Origin: Candidatus Eiseniibacteriota bacterium
Lineage (GTDB): Bacteria; Eisenbacteria; RBG-16-71-46
Length of the DNA stretch: 47,134 nt
NCBI GenBank assembly: GCA_031364845.1
Contig: JANLWX010000056.1
Span: forward strand, 1 to 47,134
Direction of reading: 5' to 3'
The notes below the pieces were generated by a model that had not been told where the DNA came from, ran no database searches, and saw only the letters and a list, made by a program, of their open reading frames with translations. Of this stretch, positions 1 through 12,322 are shown one piece after another. The first letter of the stretch is position 1, and each line of letters starts with the position of its first letter. The translations under genes and the position numbers were made by a program.

Positions 1-1
1 A

Positions 2-661
2 CGCGTCGCGGGTGATGTGTTCTTCATCGACAACGTCGTGATCCAGAACATCGCTCCGGGCCCGGGTGCGGCGTTGAGCATCCTGAACCCGACCGGTTCG
101 ACCGTGCTCACCGCAGGTGCGTACTGCCTCGCGCGCTGGACACCGCCGGCACCACCCGTCGACTCGACCGTCGTCAGCGCAACGTTCGACGGCGGCGACA
201 CCTGGTCGCTGGTGGGAACCGTCGCGAACGAGAATCTCATCAGCTGGCACCTGCCGGGTTCTCCGGCGCAGGCGGCGCTGTTCGTGAAGGCCTACGCGAA
301 CGGCGTGCTGGTCGGGGACGCCGTGAGCGATGTGCTCGCCATCACCTCGGGGACACTCGCGACCGATGGCGCGAACGATCTGCCGCACGACGTGTACTTC
401 GCCGCGCCGCAGCCGGCGCCGTTCCGGACCCACACCACGCTCAACTTCGGACTGCCCGAGGCGGCGAGCGTTCGCATGCGCGTGCTCGATCTCCAGGGCC
501 GTGTGGTGGCCACGCTTGCCGATGGCGTCATGGGCGCGGGCCGCCACGCCATGACGTGGAACGGCACGACGTCGGGACGGCCGCTCGGCGCGGGCATCTA
601 CTTCATTCGCCTCGATGCGCTCGGACGGCGCTTCGTCCACAAGCTCGCGATCACCCGATAG
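2..661 (+). CDS. Secreted protein with C-terminal FlgD-Ig/T9SS type-A-like sorting domain (5' partial)
   Basis: Frame is open from the window edge. C-terminus reads PQPAPFRTHTTLNFGLP...VLDLQGRVVATL..G...AGRH...WNG...GIYFIRL...KLAITR. Confidence 0.8.
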   Translation, partial: RVAGDVFFIDNVVIQNIAPGPGAALSILNPTGSTVLTAGAYCLARWTPPAPPVDSTVVSATFDGGDTWSLVGTVANENLISWHLPGSPAQAALFVKAYANGVLVGDAVSDVLAITSGTLATDGANDLPHDVYFAAPQPAPFRTHTTLNFGLPEAASVRMRVLDLQGRVVATLADGVMGAGRHAMTWNGTTSGRPLGAGIYFIRLDALGRRFVHKLAITR

Positions 662-683
662 CGGCACGGAGCGGAACGTGAGG

Positions 684-1577
684 ATGCGCGCGATCGATAG
701 AGCCGCCGCCGGAGAATCGGACCGGCGGCTTTCGCGCGCCCGGGGCGCGTGGCTGGCCGCGATCGCCTGTGCAGGGCTCCTTGCCGCCCCGGTCTCAGCC
801 GCGACCGTTGTCTACGACAACACGGGCAATCCCGCCAACACCTATTACACCGGACAGAGCGGGGCCGAGGCGCTCGACGATCTGCATCTGGTGTCGGCGG
901 GAGCGCTCGATACGCTGACGTTCGAGTGCTACGAACCTGCCGCGGCTGCTTCGTTCTCGGCCACGGTGAGGCTCTACGACAATCCGAACGGGCTCGACGC
1001 CGGGATTGCCCCGCTCGCCGGGCCGTTCGTGGTGAGCGGGCTCACAAGCGGGCGGAATCGTGTCTCCGTGCGGATCACCGGCGCTCCCGTGGCGGGGGGC
1101 AGTGTGTGGGTCGGGATTCGGTTCTCGAGCGTGACGGCCGGCCTGATCATCAACAGCGTGCCCGCGGTCGGACACAGCCACGATCTGTATTTCGAGAACG
1201 GCGATCTCTTCTGGTTCGACGGAAATCCCCTGGCCAATTTCGGGCTTCGGCTGGTGCGCGGCTCGGGAACGGTCGACGTGGGAGACGATCCGCGCCGGAG
1301 CCAGGTCGCGCTCACCTCGGCCCGGCCGAATCCGTTTCGGGCGGGATCGACGATCGGCTACACGATCGATCGCCCCGGACACGCGCGACTCGACGTGCTC
1401 GATCTCTCGGGACGCCGCGTGTGCTCGCTGGTGAACGGTGTCATCGAGGCCGGCAACCACACGGCGCGCTGGTCGGGGCGGAACGACGCGGGGCGCCTCA
1501 TGGCCGCGGGGGTGTACTTCGTGCGCCTCGAGTCGGCGAAGACGATCGCAACCCGGCGCGTGGTGTTCACGCCTTAG
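684..1577 (+). CDS. Secreted protein with C-terminal FlgD-Ig/T9SS-like domain
   Basis: Signal peptide (AWLAAIACAGLLAAPVSA) and a C-terminal RPNPF...DLSGRRV..L..G...AGNH...WSGRND.GR....GVYFVRL. Start is ATG 684 or GTG 678. Confidence 0.8.
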   Translation: MRAIDRAAAGESDRRLSRARGAWLAAIACAGLLAAPVSAATVVYDNTGNPANTYYTGQSGAEALDDLHLVSAGALDTLTFECYEPAAAASFSATVRLYDNPNGLDAGIAPLAGPFVVSGLTSGRNRVSVRITGAPVAGGSVWVGIRFSSVTAGLIINSVPAVGHSHDLYFENGDLFWFDGNPLANFGLRLVRGSGTVDVGDDPRRSQVALTSARPNPFRAGSTIGYTIDRPGHARLDVLDLSGRRVCSLVNGVIEAGNHTARWSGRNDAGRLMAAGVYFVRLESAKTIATRRVVFTP

Positions 1578-1654
1578 CCGGGTCAGGCGTCGGGGGCCGG
1601 GCTCATGCGGAACCGGGCCGCTCGAACGCGGCGGTCCGGACCCTCTCGCGATTC

Positions 1655-2362
1655 CTACTTGCGCGGCGGCTGGCTCGGACGCATCTCGACACGGCTGTAG
1701 AGCGCATGCGCCGGGGATCGCAGCAGGTCGAGCACCACGCCCCCGACATCTTCCGGCGTCAGCGCCCACTCCGACTTGGCCGCCGAACCGCGCCCGAACT
1801 CGGTCGCCACGCTGCCCGGCATGAGATAGGAAACCCGGATGCCGTCGTAGCGCACCTCCATCATCAGCGCTTCGCTGAAACCGTTGAGGCCGAACTTGCT
1901 CGCGTTGTAAGCTGCGGCGTTCAGCATCGGGTTCTTCCCGGCGAGCGAACTGATGTTGAAGATGTATCCGCCGCCGCGCTGTTTCATCAGCGGCACGGCC
2001 TCGTGGCAGCAGTAGAAGACGCCATTGAGATTGGTCTCGATCACCGCACGCCAGTCTTCGGGATCCGTGTCGGCGACCGCGCCGAAGATGCCGATCCCGG
2101 CGTTGTTCACGAGGATGTCGACGCCGCCCGCGCGGGCGCGCGTCTCGGCGAACAGACGCTGGACCAGCTCGTAGGATCGCACGTCGCACGCGATCCCGAT
2201 CGTGTCGCCGCCCACTTCCGCCGCCGCCGCCTCTGCGGTGGCGGCGCTGCGCGCGGTCAGCACCACTCGCGCGCCCTCTGCCTTCAGTCCTTCGACGATG
2301 CCGCGGCCGATTCCGCGATTACCACCCGTAACGACCGCGACCTTCCCGTCGAGAAATCCCAT
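1655..2362 (-). CDS. Short-chain dehydrogenase/reductase (SDR)
   Basis: TGGNRGIG, NNAG and YNASK motifs; GGAGG RBS upstream. Confidence 0.92.
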   Translation of the reverse strand: MGFLDGKVAVVTGGNRGIGRGIVEGLKAEGARVVLTARSAATAEAAAAEVGGDTIGIACDVRSYELVQRLFAETRARAGGVDILVNNAGIGIFGAVADTDPEDWRAVIETNLNGVFYCCHEAVPLMKQRGGGYIFNISSLAGKNPMLNAAAYNASKFGLNGFSEALMMEVRYDGIRVSYLMPGSVATEFGRGSAAKSEWALTPEDVGGVVLDLLRSPAHALYSRVEMRPSQPPRK

Positions 2363-2409
2363 CCGTGCGCCTCCCTGCCGATGTTGCGTAAACGCGGTGA
2401 TCGAAATGG

Positions 2410-2943
2410 CTACTGGTTGTCGTCCCACAGCCGTTCGACGCGCTTGAGCACGCTCGGATGGCGCTTCCAGAGGAACAGTGCCATCGAGACGGCGGCGAGC
2501 AGATTTCCCACGACGACCGTCCACGGCTTCAACTGGTTGATCATCTGGGCGCCCAGGATCGCGTCGAGCACGAAGAATCCTGCCTGGAGGCACAGGAACA
2601 GCACCAGCAGCACGAAGAACATGATCGGGAAGCGCTCGAACAGCGTCATCATGTACGACAGGAACACGCCGACCGCGATGAACGTGACGAAGTGGAACGC
2701 GGAATAGGCGGCGACTTCCAGTGCGGAGATGGTGACGATCCCGCTTCCCGCAGTGCCGTGAAGCAGCACGTTGCCGAGCAGCGCGGGGGTTCGCAGCGGT
2801 TGACCCGCGGCGAAGTCGAGCACCAGGAACCACAGGGCGACCACCAGCGCGCCGATCATGCCGGTGAACAGACCGTCGAGCATGATGTCGGAAACGCGGG
2901 CGCGCGGGGCGACATTGGGGCTTGCGACGTCATTCGTGGTCAT
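2410..2943 (-). CDS. Hypothetical integral membrane protein (~4 TM)
   Basis: 177 aa with hydrophobic helices; GAGGAGG RBS; co-oriented with the SDR gene. Confidence 0.75.
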   Translation of the reverse strand: MTTNDVASPNVAPRARVSDIMLDGLFTGMIGALVVALWFLVLDFAAGQPLRTPALLGNVLLHGTAGSGIVTISALEVAAYSAFHFVTFIAVGVFLSYMMTLFERFPIMFFVLLVLFLCLQAGFFVLDAILGAQMINQLKPWTVVVGNLLAAVSMALFLWKRHPSVLKRVERLWDDNQ

Positions 2944-3223
2944 GTGTAACCCTCCTCTGGATGGGGCGGCCGAATCTGCCCGTTTCGAGCCTAACGGCCC
3001 ACTGGGCGAATCACCAGCCATGAATGCATCAAGCCGGCGCGAAATCCTCGCCGGCAACTATGAAATTCATCGCTACCCGGGGTGCCCGGACGTGCTCGGT
3101 TCGCGTCGCCCATGTTTGCGGCACCCCCGCGTGCTCCGATAGTCTTTCCGGTCAATCACAAACCGCGCCGTGCCCGGCCGCCCGGTCGGACCTATTCCCC
3201 GTATTTCCGAGGTAGCCCATCCC

Positions 3224-6708
<3,485 letters not shown>

Positions 6709-6712
<4 letters not shown>

Positions 6713-7311
6713 ATATCGCTCCGGTCACACTCGACGGCACGCGCGTGCGCATGGAGCCGCTGGCACTTGACCGGCACTTCGAAGGTTTGTGCGCGATCGG
6801 TCTCGATCCCGACCTGTGGCGCTGGACGTTGAGCACGATCGCGACGCGCGACGAGCTTCGTAGCTATTTGGAGACGGCGCTCAAGGAGCAGACCGAAGGC
6901 CGCTCGGTGCCGTTTGCGACGATCGATCGCGCGAGCGGAACGGTCGCGGGATGCACGCGCTTCGGATCCATCGACCGCGCGAACCGTCGCGTCGAGATCG
7001 GCTGGACGTGGATCGGTCGCCCGTTCCAGCGCAGCCACATCAACACCGAGGCCAAGTACCTGATGCTCACGCACGCGTTCGAAACCTGGGGCTGCCGGCG
7101 CGTCGAGCTGAAGACCCACGTCCAGAACGAGCGCTCACGCAACGCCATGCTGCGCATCGGCTGCACCTTCGAGGGCGTGCTGCGGAGCTATCAGACCAGC
7201 GACGTCGGTGTGACGCGCGACACCGCGATGTTCAGCATCGTCGATCGCGAGTGGCCGGAAGTGAAGGCGCGGCTGGAGACGATGATGGCCCACGAAGTCC
7301 GCCCGGCGTAG
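6709..7311 (+). CDS. GNAT family N-acetyltransferase (RimJ/RimL-like)
   Basis: EIGWTWI..FQRSHINTEAK, RVELKT, FEGVLR. TTG start overlaps the metH stop (TTGA). Confidence 0.88.
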
Positions 7312-7315
7312 ATAC

Positions 7316-8281
7316 CTAGTCCAGTACTCGCGCCAGCTCGAACAGCCGCGGATCGATTGGCTTCTGGCGTCCCACCACTTCCGCGAGCGGCGTGCGCACG
7401 GTCTTCCCGCCGATCGAGCCGATCAACACGCCGTGCGCGCCTTCACCGAGCGCCTCGATCGCACCCGCTCCGAGGCGGGTGGCGAGCAGCCGGTCGAAGG
7501 CGAGCGGCGCTCCCCCGCGCTGCACGTGACCCAGCGTCGTCACGCGCAGCCCGAAGCCGGTCTCTGCCTTGCGCTCCTTGATGTAGCGCGAGAGCGCATC
7601 GGCATTGAGCCGCGCGCCTTCGGCCACGATCACGATCGCATGCGCCTTGCCGCGCTCGTACGCCTGGCGGAGTGCTGCCATCACGTCTTCTGGCGGGACT
7701 TCGATCTCCGGGATCAGCACGACCTCGGCACCGCCCGCGATGCCGGCCATCAACGCGAGGTAGCCGCAGTTGCGGCCCATCACTTCGATCATGAAGGCGC
7801 GATGATGCGATGACGCCGTCACCTTGATGCGGTCGATCGCCTCGAGCGCGATGTTGAGCGCGGTGTCGACGCCGATCGTGACGTCACTGCCCACGAGATC
7901 GTTGTCGATCGTCGATGCGATTCCCGCCACCGGGAACCCGAGCCGCGAGAGCGCGTGCGCTCCGCTCTGGGATCCATTGCCGCCGATCACGACCAGTCCG
8001 TCGACTCCGCGTTCCCGCAGCCGGGCCACGGCGTCGTACTGTCCGGACTCGACATGGAACTCGGGGCACCGGGCGCTGCCGAGGATCGTCCCGCCCTGCT
8101 GGATGATGCCGCTCACCGAACGCGTCGTGAGCGGCGCCCAGTCGTGGTTGAGGAGCCCCGAGTATCCGTGAGGAACACCCACGACTTCCCAGCCTCGCGC
8201 GATGCCGCAGCGCACGACGGCGCGAATCGCGGCGTTCATTCCCGGGGCGTCCCCGCCCGACGTCAGTACGGCTATGCGCAT
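7316..8281 (-). CDS. pfkA: ATP-dependent 6-phosphofructokinase
   Basis: LTSGGDAPGMN, GGTILGSAR, TIDND, EVMGR and LGHVQRGG motifs. Confidence 0.95.
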   Translation of the reverse strand: MRIAVLTSGGDAPGMNAAIRAVVRCGIARGWEVVGVPHGYSGLLNHDWAPLTTRSVSGIIQQGGTILGSARCPEFHVESGQYDAVARLRERGVDGLVVIGGNGSQSGAHALSRLGFPVAGIASTIDNDLVGSDVTIGVDTALNIALEAIDRIKVTASSHHRAFMIEVMGRNCGYLALMAGIAGGAEVVLIPEIEVPPEDVMAALRQAYERGKAHAIVIVAEGARLNADALSRYIKERKAETGFGLRVTTLGHVQRGGAPLAFDRLLATRLGAGAIEALGEGAHGVLIGSIGGKTVRTPLAEVVGRQKPIDPRLFELARVLD

Positions 8282-8348
8282 CGATGCTCTCCCGTGGCCC
8301 TCATCGTCCGAACGGCGCAGGTTCCGTTCGGTGTGACGCTCGGCACCG

Positions 8349-8693
8349 CTATTCGACGTGAACCGTGCCCTTGTACATGTCCATCGCGCACGCGTAGACG
8401 AGATCGCCCGACTTGGCCGGCGTGAACGTGATCTCCACTTCCTGATTGAGCGGCAGTGGCTGGTTGATGTTGTGTTCCTTCATCACGACTTCGGTGGCGC
8501 ACGTGCGATCGGTCGTGCGCTTCACCAGCATCGTGACCGGCTGGCCGGCTTTGACGTTGACGACGGCGGGCTCGAAGCCCTGTTCGGTGACCGTGATCGA
8601 GACGCGCTGCGCGGTGTCGGTGGCGGGCTTGGAGCCGCACGACGACAGAATGGCGACGAACAGCGTGAGGCAGAGGGCGAGCAGGGTGCGCAT
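8349..8693 (-). CDS. Cupredoxin-domain lipoprotein (CupA-like copper chaperone)
   Basis: Lipobox LSSC; GFEPAVVNVKAGQPV, TCATEV and YACAMDMYKG motifs; GAGGAG RBS; last gene of the cus-like operon. Confidence 0.85.
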   Translation of the reverse strand: MRTLLALCLTLFVAILSSCGSKPATDTAQRVSITVTEQGFEPAVVNVKAGQPVTMLVKRTTDRTCATEVVMKEHNINQPLPLNQEVEITFTPAKSGDLVYACAMDMYKGTVHVE

Positions 8694-8803
8694 GGGATGA
8701 CTCCTCGGTGTAGGTGAAGGATGGAACGGGAACGAGAATAGCGCCGATCGCGCCGCGTCCGAAGTCGCTCGCGGGATCGGTTTGATGGACGGTGTTCGAG
8801 CGC

Positions 8804-11800
8804 TCATGCGGCCTCGCGATTCCGCGCGAGTTCGCGACGCAGCTGCGACCAGCGCCAGTACGTGTAGATGACCGGAATGATCTCGAGCGTCAAGAACGCC
8901 GAGGTGAACAGGCCGCCGATCATGGGTGCCGCGAGCCGTTTCATCACGTCAGCGCCCGAGCCGGTCGCCCACAGCAGCGGCACCAGGCCGATCATCGTGG
9001 TCGCCACGGTCATCAGCTTCGGGCGCACGCGCTGGACCGAGCCTTCGAGCGTCGCATCGATGATGTCGTCGAGGGTGCGGATCAGCCCTTCGCGTTTGCG
9101 CCGCTGGTAGGCGACGTTGAGATACACGAGCATCATCACGCCGGTCTGCGCGGCGAGCCCAACCAGCGCAATGATGCCGACCCACACGGCGGTCGATAGG
9201 TTGTAGTGCAGCAACGCCAGCAGCCACACGCTGCCGACCAGAGCGAACGGCACCGACGCCATCACGATCAACGACTCGGTCAGACTGCCGAAGCTCATGT
9301 AGAGCAGCATCAGGATGACGGCGAGTGCCAGCGGAACTACGATCGCCATGCGGGACTGCATCGCCTGCATCAACTCGTACTGGCCCGTCCAATGGAGCGA
9401 GTATCCGGCGGGCAGTTTCAGTCCGCGCGCGACCGCGCGCTTGGCGTCGTCGACGTAGCCGCCGATGTCGCGGCGCGCGGCATCCATGTCGACATAGACG
9501 TAGCCCGCGAGCATTCCGTTGTCGTCACGGATCATCGGCGGCCCGGTGACGATGCGCAGGTCGGCGACCTGACCCAGCGGAACGTGGCCGCGCACGTTCT
9601 CCTCGTAAGCGGGCACTGCCGGTGCACCGGTCGGTCCGGAACTCAGAGATCCCGATGACGGCATCGCGCCGCCGATCGCGGAGCCGCCGGGTGAGCCGCC
9701 ACCCATCGCGCCGCCGCCCATGGCACCTCCGTCCGCGTTCATGCCATCGCCGCCCGATGTGCCGCTCGCGGCGGCGCCGCGCGGTTGCCCGGCGCCCATC
9801 GCGCTTCCACCCATTGCGCTCCCCTCCATCGAACCCGCGCCGGTCGCGCCGGTTGCCGCCGCCGCGCCGGAGCCGCCGCCACCGCCCGCCGGCAGCGGAA
9901 TCAACGTGCGCCTCAGTTGCTCCAGGTTCTGCCGCAACTCCTGCGGATAGCGCACGCTGATCGTGAACCGGTTGCGGCCTTCGACCGCCACTTCGATCGG
10001 CTCGCCGCCGATCGCGGCTTCGATCACGTCCTGCACGTCACCGACCGTGAGTCCGTGGCGTGCGAGCGCCTGACGGTCGGGAACGATGTCGAGATAGAAG
10101 CCGCCGGTGTTGCGATCGGAGTACACGCTGCGCGTCGCGGGCACGTTCGAGAGCAGCCGTTCCAGATCCATGCCGATGCGCTCGATCGTGTCGAGGCTCG
10201 CGCCCAGCACCTTCACGCCGATCGGAGTGCGAATGCCGGTCGAGAGCATGTCGATGCGTGCTTTGATCGGCATGGTCCACGCGTTGGTCCATCCCGGGAT
10301 CTGCATGCGGCGATTGAGATCGGCGACCAGCTCGTCCCACGTCATGCGCCGCCGATCGGGCCACAGCGGACGCAGGGCCGGTCGCATCCAGCGTGGCAGC
10401 GTGCTCGAATACCAGCGCGGCACGTAGATCGTCCGCCACTCTTCGCGCGGCTTCAACTGCACCACGGTCTCCACCATCGAGAGCGGCGCGGGATCGGTCG
10501 GGGTTTCGGAGCGGCCGGCCTTGCCGAACACGCGCTTCACCTCGGGCACCGCGCGGATCATGCGATCTTGAAGCTGCAGATAGCGCTTCGACTCTTCGAT
10601 CGAGATGTTGGGAAACGTGGTCGGCATGTAGAGCAGGTCGCCCTCGTTGAGCGGCGGCATGAACTCGTTCCCGAGCCGTGCCGCCATCGGGATCGCCGAC
10701 AGCACGGCGGCGAGCCCGATCGCAATCGTGGTCTTCGGGTTCTTGAGTGCCACCCACGCAAACGGGCGATACACCGCGATCAGCGCGCGCGACACCGGAT
10801 GATCGGCCTCGTGACGTATCTTGCCGCGAATCAGCAGCGTCATCAGCGCCGGCGCCACCGTGATCGACACCAGCGCCGCGAAGCCCATCGCGAATGTTTT
10901 GGTCCATGCGAGCGGTGTGAACATGCGCCCGCCCTGTCCGTTCAAGGCGAAGATCGGCAGGAACGCGACCGTGATGATGAGCAGCGCGAAGAATGTCGGA
11001 GGGCCGACCTCCTTCGCCGCCTCGATCAGCACGCGAGCGCGGTTGGCTCCCGGTGGAGCGGTCTCCAAGTGCTTGTGCCCGTTCTCGACCAGCACGATCG
11101 CGGCGTCGACCATCGCGCCGATCGCGATCGCGATGCCGCCGAGGCTCATGATGTTCGAGTTGATTCGCAGGAAGTACATCGGAACGAACGCGAGCCCGAC
11201 CGCGAGCGGCAGCGTGAGCACCGGAACCAGCGTGCTGCGCAGGTGCAGCAGGAACACGAGGATGACCAGACTGACGACGATCATCTCCTCGACCAGCGTG
11301 TGCCTCAGCGTCTTGATCGCGCGATGGATCAGGTCCGAACGGTCGTAGACGATCTGCACCGTGACGCCTTCAGGGAACGACGGCTGGAGCTCGGCGATCC
11401 GTCGCTTCACGCGCTCGATCACGGCGAGCGCGTTCTCGCCGTAGCGCATGACCACGGTGCCGCCGACGGTTTCTCCGATGCCGTCCAGGTCCGAGACGCC
11501 GCGGCGGATGTCGGGCCCGAACGACACCGTGGCGACGTCGCCGATCCGCAGCGGCGTGCCGGTGCGCGGATGCGCGCCCAACCCGATCGAGCGCAGATCC
11601 GCGAGGTCCTTCACGTATCCGCGTCCACGCACGAAGTATTCGCGGCCCGACATCTCGATCACGCGCCCGCCGACGTCGGAGTTGCTGCGGCGGATGGCGC
11701 CGGTGACCTCGCCCAACGTGAGTCCGAGCGCGCGCAGCTTCGCCGGGTCGATCTCGACCTGATATTGGCGCTGGTAACCGCCGACCGAGGCGACTTCGGC

Positions 11801-12322
11801 CACGCCGGGCACGCTCGCGAGCTGATAGCGCAGGTTGAAGTCCTGGAACGTGCGCAGATCCGCCAAGTCGTGCTTGCCGCTGCGATCGACGAGCGCGTAC
11901 TGGAACACCCAGCCCACCGAGGTCGCATCGGGGCCCAACACAGGATTTACGTCCTGCGGCAGGCGCGAGCGGATGGTGCTCATGTATTCGAGCACCCGGC
12001 TGCGCGCCCAGTAGAGATCGGTGCCTTCCTTGAAGATCACGTAGACGAAGCTCATGCCGAACATCGACTGGCCGCGCACGGCTTCGATCCGCGGCGCGCC
12101 CAGCAGTGACGATACGATGGGATAGGTGACCTGGTCCTCGACCAGATCGGGGCTGCGTCCCATCCACTCGGTGAACACGATCACCTGCGGATCGGAGAGA
12201 TCGGGGATCGCATCGAGCGGCACGTTGCGGATCGCGACGAACGATCCCAGCACCGCGAACGCCGTGAAGATGAACACGAGTGTGCGGTGGGTGGCGCAGT
12301 ATTCGATGATGCGCGCGATCAC
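8804..12322 (-). CDS. cusA: CusA-type heavy-metal (Cu+/Ag+) RND efflux permease
   Basis: LDAIPDLSDPQVI and AMVDAAIVLVEN; Met-triad equivalents LYMPT, PLSMVET and RIDMLST. GTG start overlaps the cusB stop. Confidence 0.95.
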   Translation of the reverse strand: MIARIIEYCATHRTLVFIFTAFAVLGSFVAIRNVPLDAIPDLSDPQVIVFTEWMGRSPDLVEDQVTYPIVSSLLGAPRIEAVRGQSMFGMSFVYVIFKEGTDLYWARSRVLEYMSTIRSRLPQDVNPVLGPDATSVGWVFQYALVDRSGKHDLADLRTFQDFNLRYQLASVPGVAEVASVGGYQRQYQVEIDPAKLRALGLTLGEVTGAIRRSNSDVGGRVIEMSGREYFVRGRGYVKDLADLRSIGLGAHPRTGTPLRIGDVATVSFGPDIRRGVSDLDGIGETVGGTVVMRYGENALAVIERVKRRIAELQPSFPEGVTVQIVYDRSDLIHRAIKTLRHTLVEEMIVVSLVILVFLLHLRSTLVPVLTLPLAVGLAFVPMYFLRINSNIMSLGGIAIAIGAMVDAAIVLVENGHKHLETAPPGANRARVLIEAAKEVGPPTFFALLIITVAFLPIFALNGQGGRMFTPLAWTKTFAMGFAALVSITVAPALMTLLIRGKIRHEADHPVSRALIAVYRPFAWVALKNPKTTIAIGLAAVLSAIPMAARLGNEFMPPLNEGDLLYMPTTFPNISIEESKRYLQLQDRMIRAVPEVKRVFGKAGRSETPTDPAPLSMVETVVQLKPREEWRTIYVPRWYSSTLPRWMRPALRPLWPDRRRMTWDELVADLNRRMQIPGWTNAWTMPIKARIDMLSTGIRTPIGVKVLGASLDTIERIGMDLERLLSNVPATRSVYSDRNTGGFYLDIVPDRQALARHGLTVGDVQDVIEAAIGGEPIEVAVEGRNRFTISVRYPQELRQNLEQLRRTLIPLPAGGGGGSGAAAATGATGAGSMEGSAMGGSAMGAGQPRGAAASGTSGGDGMNADGGAMGGGAMGGGSPGGSAIGGAMPSSGSLSSGPTGAPAVPAYEENVRGHVPLGQVADLRIVTGPPMIRDDNGMLAGYVYVDMDAARRDIGGYVDDAKRAVARGLKLPAGYSLHWTGQYELMQAMQSRMAIVVPLALAVILMLLYMSFGSLTESLIVMASVPFALVGSVWLLALLHYNLSTAVWVGIIALVGLAAQTGVMMLVYLNVAYQRRKREGLIRTLDDIIDATLEGSVQRVRPKLMTVATTMIGLVPLLWATGSGADVMKRLAAPMIGGLFTSAFLTLEIIPVIYTYWRWSQLRRELARNREAA

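Noticed and set aside
3025..3130. SAM-I-like words (ATCAAG, CCGGCAAC, GGTGC) upstream of metH
   Set aside because: No P2 kink-turn/pseudoknot or P1 partner is visible, and a likely promoter (TTGCGG-N18-TAGTCT, 3116-3145) lies downstream of them. An Rfam scan would settle it.
9660..9830. Short repeated units (cccatcgcg...) as a CRISPR array or DNA repeat
   Set aside because: They are the AMGG codon repeats within cusA, with no repeat-spacer structure and no cas genes.
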